From contig NZ_LN831024.1 in the NCBI RefSeq assembly GCF_001457615.1, positions 6,210,001 through 6,242,000 on the forward strand: DNA of 32,000 nt, written 5' to 3'. The notes beneath the pieces are model-generated. The model ran no database searches. It worked only from the letters and a program-made list of their open reading frames with translations, and had not been told where the DNA came from. This document shows, one piece after another, positions 8,543 to 18,794 of the stretch (positions within the stretch are counted from its first letter, which is position 1; every line of letters starts with the position of its first letter). The DNA comes from Pseudomonas aeruginosa (lineage in GTDB: Bacteria > Pseudomonadota > Gammaproteobacteria > Pseudomonadales > Pseudomonadaceae). The translations under genes were made by a program, and so were the position numbers.

Positions 8543-9583
8543 ATGCCCAACCAACAACGCCCCATCCTCAAGGCCCGCCTGGAGCAACTGATCGCCCTGG
8601 TCGGCGGCCTGATGGCCCGCTATCCGCGCACCATCGCCCTGTTCGGCTTCTGTTCGGGCGTGTTCAGTTTCATCATGGTCGACCGGCAGAAGGGCTTCGC
8701 CCAGGTGCTGGCGATCATCATGCTGGTCAGTTGGGTCTGGTTGATCCTCGAGAACCTCCTGCGGGAGACCTTCGCCCGCCGCTTCGGCTGGGAGATCCCG
8801 GCGCCGCTGCTGCGCTACGCGACCCAACTGATCCACCAGGAAAGCCTGTTCTTCGTCCTGCCGTTCTTTCTCATCACCACCACCTGGAACAGCGGCCAGG
8901 CGCTGTTCACAGGGACGCTGGCCGCCGCGGCACTGATCTCCATCACCGATCCGCTCTACTATCGCTGGCTGTCCAGGCGTCGCTGGGTGTTCCTCGCCTA
9001 CCACACCCTGACCCTGTTCGCGGTGTTGCTGACCTCGCTGCCGATCCTGCTGCACCTGACCACCCCGGAAAGCTACCGGTTGTCGCTGGGCATCGCCGTC
9101 GTGCTGTCCTTCCCCAGCCTGCTCGTGACCTTCCCGCTACAGCACTGGTGGCGCGGCTTCCTGCTTCTCGGCCTGACCCTGGCGGTGGGCCTGGCCGGAT
9201 GGTTCGGCCGCACCTGGGTACCGCCGGCCACCCTGTGGCTGACCGAAGTGGCGGTGAGCAGCCAGTTCGACGACCAGAGCCGCACGCCCGGCGACAGCCT
9301 GGAGCAGGTCGGCGCCGCCCAGTTGCGCAGCCAGGGCCTGTTCGCCTATACCGCGATCAACGCGCCGCGCGGCCTCGACGAGCGCATCTATCACGTGTGG
9401 ATGTTCAACGGGAAGGAGTTCGACCGCATCGCCCTGGATATCCACGGCGGCCGCAAGGAGGGCTACCGGGCCTGGACCCACAAGCAGAACTTCCCCGGCG
9501 ACCCGGTCGGCCACTGGCAGGTGAAGGTACTCACCGAGGCCGGACAGATGATCGGCACCCTGCGCTTCGACGTCACCCAGTGA
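8543..9583 (+). CDS. Polytopic inner-membrane protein of unknown function with a soluble C-terminal domain of about 100 aa (PA5477 homologue)
   Basis: ORF 8297..9583. Coding-type codon usage and the hydrophobic segments begin at the ATG at 8543 (MPNQQRPILKARLEQL...). There are several TM helices, then a C-terminal beta-rich domain (YHVWMFNGKEFDRIALDIHGGRKEGYRAW...). Confidence 0.75.
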   Translation: MPNQQRPILKARLEQLIALVGGLMARYPRTIALFGFCSGVFSFIMVDRQKGFAQVLAIIMLVSWVWLILENLLRETFARRFGWEIPAPLLRYATQLIHQESLFFVLPFFLITTTWNSGQALFTGTLAAAALISITDPLYYRWLSRRRWVFLAYHTLTLFAVLLTSLPILLHLTTPESYRLSLGIAVVLSFPSLLVTFPLQHWWRGFLLLGLTLAVGLAGWFGRTWVPPATLWLTEVAVSSQFDDQSRTPGDSLEQVGAAQLRSQGLFAYTAINAPRGLDERIYHVWMFNGKEFDRIALDIHGGRKEGYRAWTHKQNFPGDPVGHWQVKVLTEAGQMIGTLRFDVTQ

Positions 9584-9601
9584 CGTCGAAGCCTGGCGAC
9601 C

Positions 9602-10831
9602 TCAGGCGAAGAACCAGTAGCACACGGCGATGGAGGCGATGACCCCGGCCAGGTCCGCGGTCAGCGCGCAGCCCACCGCGTGGCGCGCGCGCTGCAGGCC
9701 GACCGAGCCGAAATAGACGGCGAGCACGTAGAAGGTGGTCTCGGTACTGCCCTGCACGGTGGCGGCGACCAGCGCCGGGAAACTGTCGACGCCGTGGGTC
9801 TGCATGGTCTCCAGCAGCATCGCCCGCGCCGCGCTGCCGGAGAACGGCTTGACCAGCGCGGTGGGCAGCGCCTCGACGAAGCGGCTGTCCCAACCCAGCC
9901 CCTCGACCGCCCAGCGTATCCCGCCGAGTACCACTTCCAGCGCCCCGGAAGCGCGCAACACGCCAACCGCGCAAAGCATTGCGACCAGGTACGGCAACAG
10001 GTTCCTGGCGACGTCGAAACCTTCCTTCGCCCCCTCCACGAAGCTCTCGTAGACCGGCACCTTCTTCAGCGCGCCGACGATCAGGAACAGCACGATCAGG
10101 CTGAACAGCGTCAGGTTGCCCAGCAGCGAGGACAGCTGCGCCAGCGCGGTGGCCGAGAGCGTGCCGAGCACCGCCATGAAGCCGGCCAGCAGCAACGCGC
10201 CGGGGATCAGGTAGGCCAGCACCACCGGGTCCCACAAGCGCAGGCGCTGCATCAGCGCCACCGACAGCAGGCCGGCCAGGGTCGAGGCGCTGGTGGCCAG
10301 GAGGATCGGCAGGAATACCAGGGTCGGATCGGCCGCGCCCTGCTGCGCGCGGTACATGAAGATAGTCACCGGCAGCAGGGTCAGGGACGAGGCGTTGAGC
10401 ACCAGGAAGAGGATCTGCGCATTGCTCGCGGTGGTGCTGCTGGGATTGAGCTCCTGCAACGCCTTCATCGCCTTCAGGCCGATCGGCGTGGCGGCGTTGT
10501 CCAGACCCAGGCCATTGGCGGCGAAGTTCAGGGTGATCAGGCCGATCGCCGGATGCCCCGGCGGCACTTCCGGCATCAGCCGGCGGAACAACGGACCGAG
10601 CAGCACCGCCAGGCGCTCCACCAGCCCGGCCTTCTCGGCGATGCGCAGGAAACCGAGCCAGAGCGTCAGGGTGCCGAACAGCAGGACCATCACCTCGACC
10701 GCCAGCTTGGCCATGGCGAACAGGCTCTCCACCATCGCCGCGAACACCGTCGCATCGCCGCCGATCAACCAGCGCGCCAGCGCACTCGCCGCCGCCACCA
10801 GGAAAAAACCCAACCACAAGCCGTTCAGCAT
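9602..10831 (-). CDS. Nucleoside-recognition (Gate) domain membrane protein, SpmA/SpmB-like fusion (PA5478 homologue)
   Basis: 409-aa polytopic membrane ORF with GGGGGA 6 nt upstream of the ATG. Its two-part architecture resembles fused SpmA and SpmB. Confidence 0.8.
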   Translation of the reverse strand: MLNGLWLGFFLVAAASALARWLIGGDATVFAAMVESLFAMAKLAVEVMVLLFGTLTLWLGFLRIAEKAGLVERLAVLLGPLFRRLMPEVPPGHPAIGLITLNFAANGLGLDNAATPIGLKAMKALQELNPSSTTASNAQILFLVLNASSLTLLPVTIFMYRAQQGAADPTLVFLPILLATSASTLAGLLSVALMQRLRLWDPVVLAYLIPGALLLAGFMAVLGTLSATALAQLSSLLGNLTLFSLIVLFLIVGALKKVPVYESFVEGAKEGFDVARNLLPYLVAMLCAVGVLRASGALEVVLGGIRWAVEGLGWDSRFVEALPTALVKPFSGSAARAMLLETMQTHGVDSFPALVAATVQGSTETTFYVLAVYFGSVGLQRARHAVGCALTADLAGVIASIAVCYWFFA

Positions 10832-10892
10832 TCAGAATCCCCCGCGTTGCGCGGATGATAGCGGCGCAGGCGGTGCCGGCGCCAGAAACGCC

Positions 10893-10918
10893 GAGGCCCC
10901 GGACGATGCCGGGGCCTC
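10893..10918 (-). terminator. gltP terminator hairpin (GAGGCCCCGG-acgatg-CCGGGGCCTC)
   Basis: A perfect 10-bp GC-rich stem lies 18 nt downstream of the gltP stop on the minus strand. It is followed by GGCGUUUCUGG. Confidence 0.55.
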
Positions 10919-10935
10919 CTGGGCGGGAAGCCGCC

Positions 10936-12270
10936 TTATTCGAGGGTGGCCTGCTTGCCCTTGGCTTCGCCGACCGCCTGCCGCAGGTGCGGCAGCGAAT
11001 CCCAGTAGCGCTGGCCCTTGGCCGCGTCGTACATGCCTTCCCACTTGGAGATGACCAGCACCGCGAGGGCATTGCCGATCACGTTGAGGGCGGTGCGCGC
11101 CATGTCCATGATGCGGTCCACGCCGGCGATGAAGGCCAGGCCCTCGAGCGGGATGCCGACGCTGCCCAGGGTGGCGAGCAGCACCACGAAGGATACGCCC
11201 GGCACGCCGGCGATACCCTTGGAGGTCACCATCAGGGTCAGCACCAGCATGATCTGCTGGCCGATGGACAGGTCGATGCCGTAAAGCTGCGCGATGAAGA
11301 TCGCCGCGATGCTCTGGTACAGGGTCGAGCCATCGAGGTTGAAGGAGTAGCCGGTGGGCACCACGAAGCTGCTGATCGCCTTCGGCGCGCCGTAGGCTTC
11401 CATTTTCTCGATGATGCGCGGCAGCACGGTTTCCGAGCTGGCGGTGGAATAGGCGAGGACCAGGTCGTCCTTGAAGATGCGGATCAGGCGCATGATCGAG
11501 AAGCCGAACATCCGCGCGATCAGGCCCAGCACCACCAGGGCGAAGAAGACGATGGCCACGTAGACCAGGATCACCAGCTTGGCCAGCGGCAGCAGCGAGG
11601 CGAAGCCGAAGTTGGCGACGGTCACCGCGATCAGGGCGAAGACACCGATAGGGGCGTACTTCATGATCATGTGGGTGACCTTGAACATGGTCTCGGAAAC
11701 GCCCTGGAACACCTTCACCAGCGGCTCGCGCAGGTCGTTGGGCAGGCTCGACAGGCCGAGGCCGAACATCACCGAGAAGAAGATGATCGGCAGCATCTCG
11801 CCACGGGCGATGGCGGCGAAGACGTTGGAGGGAATCAGGTTGAGGATGGTCGCGATGAACGCATGGTCATGCTGCACTTCCTGGGTGGTCTTCTGGTACT
11901 GGGAAATGTCCACGGTACCCAGGGTGCTCATGTCGATGCCGGTGCCGGGCTGGAACAGGTTGGCCAGCAGCAGGCCGACGACGATGGCGACGGTGGTGAC
12001 GATCTCGAAGTAGATGATGGTCTTCAGGCCGATGCGGCCAAGCTTCTTCGCGTCGCCGACGCCGGCGATGCCGACCACCAGCGAGGAAATCACGATCGGC
12101 ACCACGATCATCTTGATCAGACGGATGAAGATGTCGCCGGCCGGTTGCAGCACGTTGGCGATCCACCAGGCCTTTTCGGCGCTGAAATGGTTGAGCACTG
12201 CGCCGACGGCGATACCGAGTGCCAGACCGATCACGATCTGCCAGGCGAGGCTTAGCTTGGCTTTACCCAT
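10936..12270 (-). CDS. gltP: Proton/sodium:glutamate-aspartate symporter (DAACS family)
   Basis: 444-aa ORF with typical DAACS sequence, for example SSETVLP, NLDGSTLYQS and AGVPGVSFVVL motifs. AGGGTGA lies upstream of the ATG. Confidence 0.93.
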   Translation of the reverse strand: MGKAKLSLAWQIVIGLALGIAVGAVLNHFSAEKAWWIANVLQPAGDIFIRLIKMIVVPIVISSLVVGIAGVGDAKKLGRIGLKTIIYFEIVTTVAIVVGLLLANLFQPGTGIDMSTLGTVDISQYQKTTQEVQHDHAFIATILNLIPSNVFAAIARGEMLPIIFFSVMFGLGLSSLPNDLREPLVKVFQGVSETMFKVTHMIMKYAPIGVFALIAVTVANFGFASLLPLAKLVILVYVAIVFFALVVLGLIARMFGFSIMRLIRIFKDDLVLAYSTASSETVLPRIIEKMEAYGAPKAISSFVVPTGYSFNLDGSTLYQSIAAIFIAQLYGIDLSIGQQIMLVLTLMVTSKGIAGVPGVSFVVLLATLGSVGIPLEGLAFIAGVDRIMDMARTALNVIGNALAVLVISKWEGMYDAAKGQRYWDSLPHLRQAVGEAKGKQATLE

Positions 12271-12602
12271 GTTTCGTCACCCTTAATTCTTGTGGAAGTC
12301 GGGAGTCGCTCCAACGGGAGAGTCGCTCCCGACAGGCGAAAGGGCGCAATGATTCATGCGCTCCCCTACCCCGTCTAATGCCGTAAGTGACTGCCCCATG
12401 CCGAATCGGCATGAGAAATCACTAATGAAACGTCCGTCCCACAGGAGATTGCCCTTGATTTTCGTACAAGAACAGGGAGCGGAAGGCACTCCGTGCAAGG
12501 CCCGGGAGCCTCGTGCCCATCCTGGGAAGTTGAAAGTCGCTCATCATCGCTGCGATGGATGGTCGCAGGACACGCAAGGCCGTCCGGCACGCCATCGCCG
12601 GC

Positions 12603-12629
12603 TGTGGATAAGCGGCATTCTGTGGATAA
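12603..12629 (-). promoter_or_regulatory. Two perfect DnaA boxes in direct repeat (TGTGGATAA at 12603..12611 and 12621..12629 on the + strand, i.e. TTATCCACA on the - strand)
   Basis: Read directly: gCTGTGGATAAgcggcattCTGTGGATAAccgcg, with 18 bp from start to start. A third box matching 7 of 9 positions (CCATCCACAg) lies at 12698..12706 in the opposite orientation. Confidence 0.6.
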
Positions 12630-12786
12630 CCGCGCGGTAAAGCCCTTCTGGGAGGGCGCCTCGGAACGCGCGGGCGGTCGATTGTAAAACGACTCCGCCA
12701 TCCACAGGCATTGATCGATATCAGGGAAGTTCGCGGAGTATCGCTGCGGAAGCCGACGCTCCGCCGGACGGCGGAGCATCGTACCC

Positions 12787-12802
12787 CTTCTATATATAGA
12801 AG
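12787..12802. repeat. Perfect 16-bp palindrome CTTCTATATATAGAAG (probable protein-binding or promoter element, function unknown)
   Basis: Read directly and self-complementary over all 16 positions. It is an isolated AT-rich core within GC-rich, non-coding-looking DNA. Confidence 0.5.
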
Positions 12803-12982
12803 CGCGCCGGAAGGCAGCGAGACATCGGTGGCTCCCCTCCGGCGCGTTTTCGCCTGGCCCGACCCCGAAGGAGGTACTCCCTGTACCCCTGGAACCCGCC
12901 GGATCGACCTCACCCAGCGCATCCCGGTCCCCTGGCCATGCCCCGCTGCGGGCGGGGCGGTGTCACGCAAGCCCGTTCCGCC

Positions 12983-13450
12983 TCAGTACCAGTTCGGATC
13001 GGCCTTGAGTTGTTCGTCGAGGATCTTCTGTACCGCCGGTTCCGGCTTGCCCAGCCAGCGGAAGCTGGCGTGCTTGCTCGGCGACTTGTCCTGCGGCAGC
13101 CCTTCAGGCACCTGCACGTAGAGCCCGTAGGCATGACTCTTGTCCCAATCGAAGGCGACCAGCAGGCGCTGGCCCTTGCAATCGGACTTCTCGCAGAGAC
13201 CGCCAACCAGATACTTGTCGCCCTGGTCGTCGACGGCATGCATCGGCGTAGCGGTTCCCGAGAGATTCATCACCCAGTCGGGCAAGCGGCTCTCGTCTTC
13301 CACCAGGTTCTGCCAGGCCTTGCGGTATCCGGCATCGGTGCTCTGCAGTTCGTTCAAGCGGTATTCGCCGTCCCTGTCGGCCGCCACCGCCAGCGAACTG
13401 GCGGCGGCACCGAGCAGCAGTGCGTTCATCAGGTTACGCATGAGTCGCAT
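12983..13450 (-). CDS. Ivy-family periplasmic protein (inhibitor of vertebrate lysozyme family paralogue, PA5481 homologue)
   Basis: 155-aa ORF with signal peptide MRLMRNLMNALLLGAAASSLAVA. The disulfide loop CEKSDCKGQRLLVAF aligns with the Ivy CKPHDCG loop. Confidence 0.8.
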   Translation of the reverse strand: MRLMRNLMNALLLGAAASSLAVAADRDGEYRLNELQSTDAGYRKAWQNLVEDESRLPDWVMNLSGTATPMHAVDDQGDKYLVGGLCEKSDCKGQRLLVAFDWDKSHAYGLYVQVPEGLPQDKSPSKHASFRWLGKPEPAVQKILDEQLKADPNWY

Positions 13451-13471
13451 CGCTTTCTCCTTGGCATCCGG

Positions 13472-13795
<324 letters not shown>

Positions 13796-14108
13796 TCAAT
13801 AAGTTATAAAACAACCCAGGTAGTCTGCGCAGTTCATCCTGCACGACGCGACAAATTATTCCGGGCGTTTTGCACGATCGGCGCGGTACGCTGTCACATG
13901 CAACAGGGAAGCGACCCGGCACCTGCTACCCGGAGCCATCCGTGGAGCCGCCACGGCTTCCCGAAAACCCAAGAACAGACATCGGCGGGTTGCACGCCGC
14001 CCTGGCCGCCCGGATGGGCGGCGGGGCGCTCTGCAACTTGCATGGGCTTTCCGGGGACTAACCCAGAAGCCGAATGGCAGTGAATTCCCTAGAGGATAAA
14101 AAGCAACG

Positions 14109-15454
<1,346 letters not shown>

Positions 15455-15458
<4 letters not shown>

Positions 15459-17242
15459 GCATGCCGCTGCCGATGAAGCTCCGGACCCGGTTGTTCCTCA
15501 GCATTTCCGCGCTGATCACCGTCTCGCTGTTCGGCCTGCTGCTCGGGCTGTTCAGCGTGATGCAGCTCGGCCGCGCCCAGGAACAACGGATGTCGCACCA
15601 CTACGCGACCATCGAGGTGAGCCAGCAACTGCGCCAGTTGCTCGGCGACCAGTTGGTCATACTGCTCCGCGAAACCCCCGACGGGCAGGCCCTGGAGCGC
15701 TCGCAAAACGACTTCCGACGAGTCCTGGAACAGGGCCGGGCGAATACCGTCGACAGCGCCGAGCAGGCCGCCCTGGATGGCGTCCGCGACGCCTACCTGC
15801 AACTGCAGGCGCACACCCCGGCCCTGCTCGAGGCGCCCATGGCCGACAACGACGGCTTCAGCGAAGCCTTCAATGGCCTGCGCCTGCGCCTGCAGGACCT
15901 GCAGCAACTGGCGCTGGCCGGCATCAGCGACGCCGAGACCAGCGCCCGCCATCGTGCCTACCTGGTCGCCGGCCTGCTTGGCCTGGTGGGCGTCGCCATC
16001 CTGCTGATCGGTTTCGTCACCGCCCACAGCATCGCCCGGCGCTTCGGCGCGCCGATCGAAACCCTGGCGCGGGCGGCGGACAGGATCGGCGAAGGCGATT
16101 TCGACGTGACCCTGCCGATGACCAACGTCGCCGAGGTCGGCCAGTTGACCCGGCGTTTCGGCCTGATGGCCGAGGCCCTGCGGCAGTATCGCAAGACCAG
16201 CGTCGAAGAGGTGCTTTCCGGCGAGCGGCGCCTGCAGGCGGTACTCGACAGCATCGACGACGGCCTGGTGATCTTCGACAACCAGGGACGCATCGAACAC
16301 GCCAACCCGGTCGCGATCCGCCAGCTGTTCGTCTCCAACGACCCCCATGGCAAGCGGATCGACGAAATACTCAGCGATGTCGATGTCCAGGAGGCGGTGG
16401 AAAAGGCCCTGCTCGGCGAAGTCCAGGACGAGGCGATGCCCGACCTGGTGGTGGACGTCGCCGGCGAGTCGCGCCTGCTGGCCTGGTCGCTGTATCCGGT
16501 CACCCATCCCGGCGGGCATAGCGTCGGCGCGGTGCTGGTGGTCCGCGACGTGACCGAGCAGCGCGCCTTCGAACGGGTCCGCAGCGAATTCGTCCTGCGC
16601 GCCTCCCACGAACTGCGCACGCCGGTGACCGGCATGCAGATGGCCTTCAGCCTGCTCCGCGAACGCCTGGACTTCCCCGCTGAGTCGCGGGAAGCGGACC
16701 TGATCCAGACGGTGGACGAAGAGATGTCGCGGCTGGTCCTGCTGATCAACGACCTGTTGAACTTCTCGCGCTACCAGACCGGCATGCAGAAGCTCGAACT
16801 GGCTTCCTGCGACCTCGTCGACCTGCTCACCCAGGCGCAGCAGCGTTTCATTCCCAAGGGCGAGGCCCGCCGGGTCTCGCTGCAACTGGAGCTGGGCGAT
16901 GAGCTGCCGCGCCTGCAGCTCGATCGCCTGCAGATCGAGCGGGTGATCGACAACCTGCTGGAAAACGCCCTGCGCCATAGCAGCGAAGGCGGGCAGATCC
17001 ACCTGCAGGCCCGGCGCCAGGGCGACCGGGTGCTGATCGCGGTGGAAGACAATGGCGAAGGCATTCCCTTCAGCCAGCAAGGACGGATCTTCGAGCCTTT
17101 CGTCCAGGTCGGACGCAAGAAGGGCGGCGCCGGCCTCGGCCTGGCGCTGTGCAAGGAAATCATCCAACTGCATGGCGGGCGCATCGCGGTGCGCTCGCAA
17201 CCGGGCCAGGGCGCGCGCTTCTACATGCTGCTGCCAGTGTGA
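15455..17242 (+). CDS. kinB: Sensor histidine kinase KinB
   Basis: 595 aa with N-terminal TM helices, HAMP, PAS-like, an H-box (SHELRTP) and HATPase motifs (DNGEGIP, GGAGLGLALC). Its ATG overlaps the algB stop (ctATGAgc at 15455..15458). Confidence 0.93.
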
Positions 17243-17276
17243 CCGGGGCCGCTCCCGGCAGGCTTTTCCACAGGCC

Positions 17277-18056
17277 TCAGGAAGTCGGCACCGCCAGCAG
17301 CAGGGCGGCGGTTTCCAGGTCCGGCTCGCCATCGAAGCGGGCCGGACGGTATTTCATCTGGAAAGCGCCGATGACGTCGCGGGTGTCCTTCTCCAGCTCG
17401 CCGGTCTGCGGCACCAGGTAACCGTGCCGCGCCAACTGCTGCTGGAACCAGCGCACATCCGGCAGCTGGCCGTTCAGTTCGGCGAGCCGGCGCGCCAATT
17501 CGCCGGGCTTCGGCCAGGGCACCAGGCCGGCGTCGGCGAGGCGCTTCCAGGGGAACAGCGGACCCGGATCGACCTTGCGGCCCGGCGCGATATCGCTGTG
17601 TCCGATGATCCGGTCCGGGGTGATGCCGTGGCGCTTGGCGATGTCCTTCAGCAGGGGGATCAGCGCCTGGATCTGCGCTTCGCTGAACGGATACCAGACC
17701 CGCCCCTGGGGTGTATCGCGATAGCCCTGGTTGACGATCTCGATGCCGATCGAGGTGGCGTTCAGCCAGGTCCGGCCCTGCCATTCACTGACCCCGGCGT
17801 GCCAGGCGCGGCGGTTCTCATCCACCAGGCGGTAGACGGTGGCCGGCTCGTCGTCGCCGATCAGGTAGTGCGCGCTGACGCCGCCGTGGGTGAGGATGCC
17901 CAGCGAATGCGGCAGATCGGTGGAGGTGTAGTGGAGGACGATGAACTGGACGCGGCTGTCCTGGTTCGCCGAGGTGTAGTCGGTGTTCAGGCGCGGGCCG
18001 CTGGAGCAGCCGGCCAGCAGCGACAGGGTGAAAGCCAGTAGAACGAACGAACGCAT
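17277..18056 (-). CDS. ampDh2: N-acetylmuramoyl-L-alanine amidase lipoprotein (AmpD homologue AmpDh2) with a C-terminal peptidoglycan-binding domain
   Basis: 259 aa with lipobox LSLLAGCSS. It has an amidase_2-type core and a C-terminal PG_binding_1-like repeat (WFQQQLARHGY...GAFQMKY). Confidence 0.85.
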   Translation of the reverse strand: MRSFVLLAFTLSLLAGCSSGPRLNTDYTSANQDSRVQFIVLHYTSTDLPHSLGILTHGGVSAHYLIGDDEPATVYRLVDENRRAWHAGVSEWQGRTWLNATSIGIEIVNQGYRDTPQGRVWYPFSEAQIQALIPLLKDIAKRHGITPDRIIGHSDIAPGRKVDPGPLFPWKRLADAGLVPWPKPGELARRLAELNGQLPDVRWFQQQLARHGYLVPQTGELEKDTRDVIGAFQMKYRPARFDGEPDLETAALLLAVPTS

Positions 18057-18083
18057 GATGACTCCGAAAGATAGGCAGCGTGG

Positions 18084-18677
18084 TCAGGCGGCGATGTGCA
18101 ACACGCTGCGCAGGTTGTCCAACAGCATATCGACGCTGAGCATGATCAGCAGCATGCCGGCCAGCCGCTCGATGGCGGTCAGCCCGCGCGGGCCGAGGAA
18201 ACGCTGGAGGAACGCCGCCTGCAGCAGGATCAGCGCAGTAGCGGCCCAGGCCAGCACCACCGCCAGGTAAAGCTCCCACAGCGGACCGTCGAAGGTGGTG
18301 CGCAGGGTGATCAGCATCGCCAGCGCCGAGGGCCCGGCCACCGCCGGGGTGGCCAGGGGTACCAGCAGCGGCTCGCCGTCGGGCACTTCGCCGAGCAGCC
18401 CTTGGGGCGACGGGAAGATCAGGCGCATGGCGATCACGAACAGGATGATGCCACCCGCGATCCCGGTCGCCTCGCGGGACAGGCCGAGGCCGCTGAGGAT
18501 GTGCTCGCCGAGGGTGAGGAAGAGCAGCAGCAGGCCCAGGGCGAAGGCCAGCTCGCGAAACGCCACGCGCAGGCGGCGCCCAAGTGCGACGCCTTTCAGC
18601 GCGGCGAGGAACACGGCGATGTTGCCGAAGGGGTCGGTGACCAGAAAGATCAGGACGGCGACGCCGAACATATCCAT
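18084..18677 (-). CDS. MarC-family integral membrane protein (PA5486 homologue)
   Basis: ORF 18084..18746. The hydrophobic MarC-like sequence begins at the ATG at 18677 (MDMFGVAVLIFLVTDPFGNIAVFL). Length is 197 aa. Confidence 0.8.
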   Translation of the reverse strand: MDMFGVAVLIFLVTDPFGNIAVFLAALKGVALGRRLRVAFRELAFALGLLLLFLTLGEHILSGLGLSREATGIAGGIILFVIAMRLIFPSPQGLLGEVPDGEPLLVPLATPAVAGPSALAMLITLRTTFDGPLWELYLAVVLAWAATALILLQAAFLQRFLGPRGLTAIERLAGMLLIMLSVDMLLDNLRSVLHIAA

Positions 18678-18794
18678 GGGAGTTTCCAGAGCGGGACAGC
18701 CGGTCATTCTACCGGGCGGGACCATTCTAGCGAGCCGCGGCAACACCTGCAGGCGAGCCCGTCCCGAGTCGTCGGAATGTGCGCTGGTCGCCCT

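Noticed and set aside
12484-12497. Sigma-54-like GGCAC...GCA element
   Set aside because: The GG-to-GC spacing is 2 nt too short relative to TGGCAC-N5-TTGC. The element points into the antisense of ivy with nothing to transcribe.
12375-12779. 134-codon minus-strand ORF in the gltP-ivy gap (automated pipelines might call it a hypothetical protein)
   Set aside because: By my count 53 of 134 codons end in A or T, far from the codon bias of neighbouring genes. It has no Shine-Dalgarno sequence and no recognisable motif. It reads through both DnaA boxes. I cannot exclude that it is translated, but I cannot support it.
14035-14062. AlgU-like promoter CAACTT-N17-ACTAA upstream of algB
   Set aside because: The -35 element has one mismatch, and the -10 element matches the TCTGA consensus poorly. 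It is plausible, given reports that algB depends on AlgU, but too degenerate to call from sequence alone.
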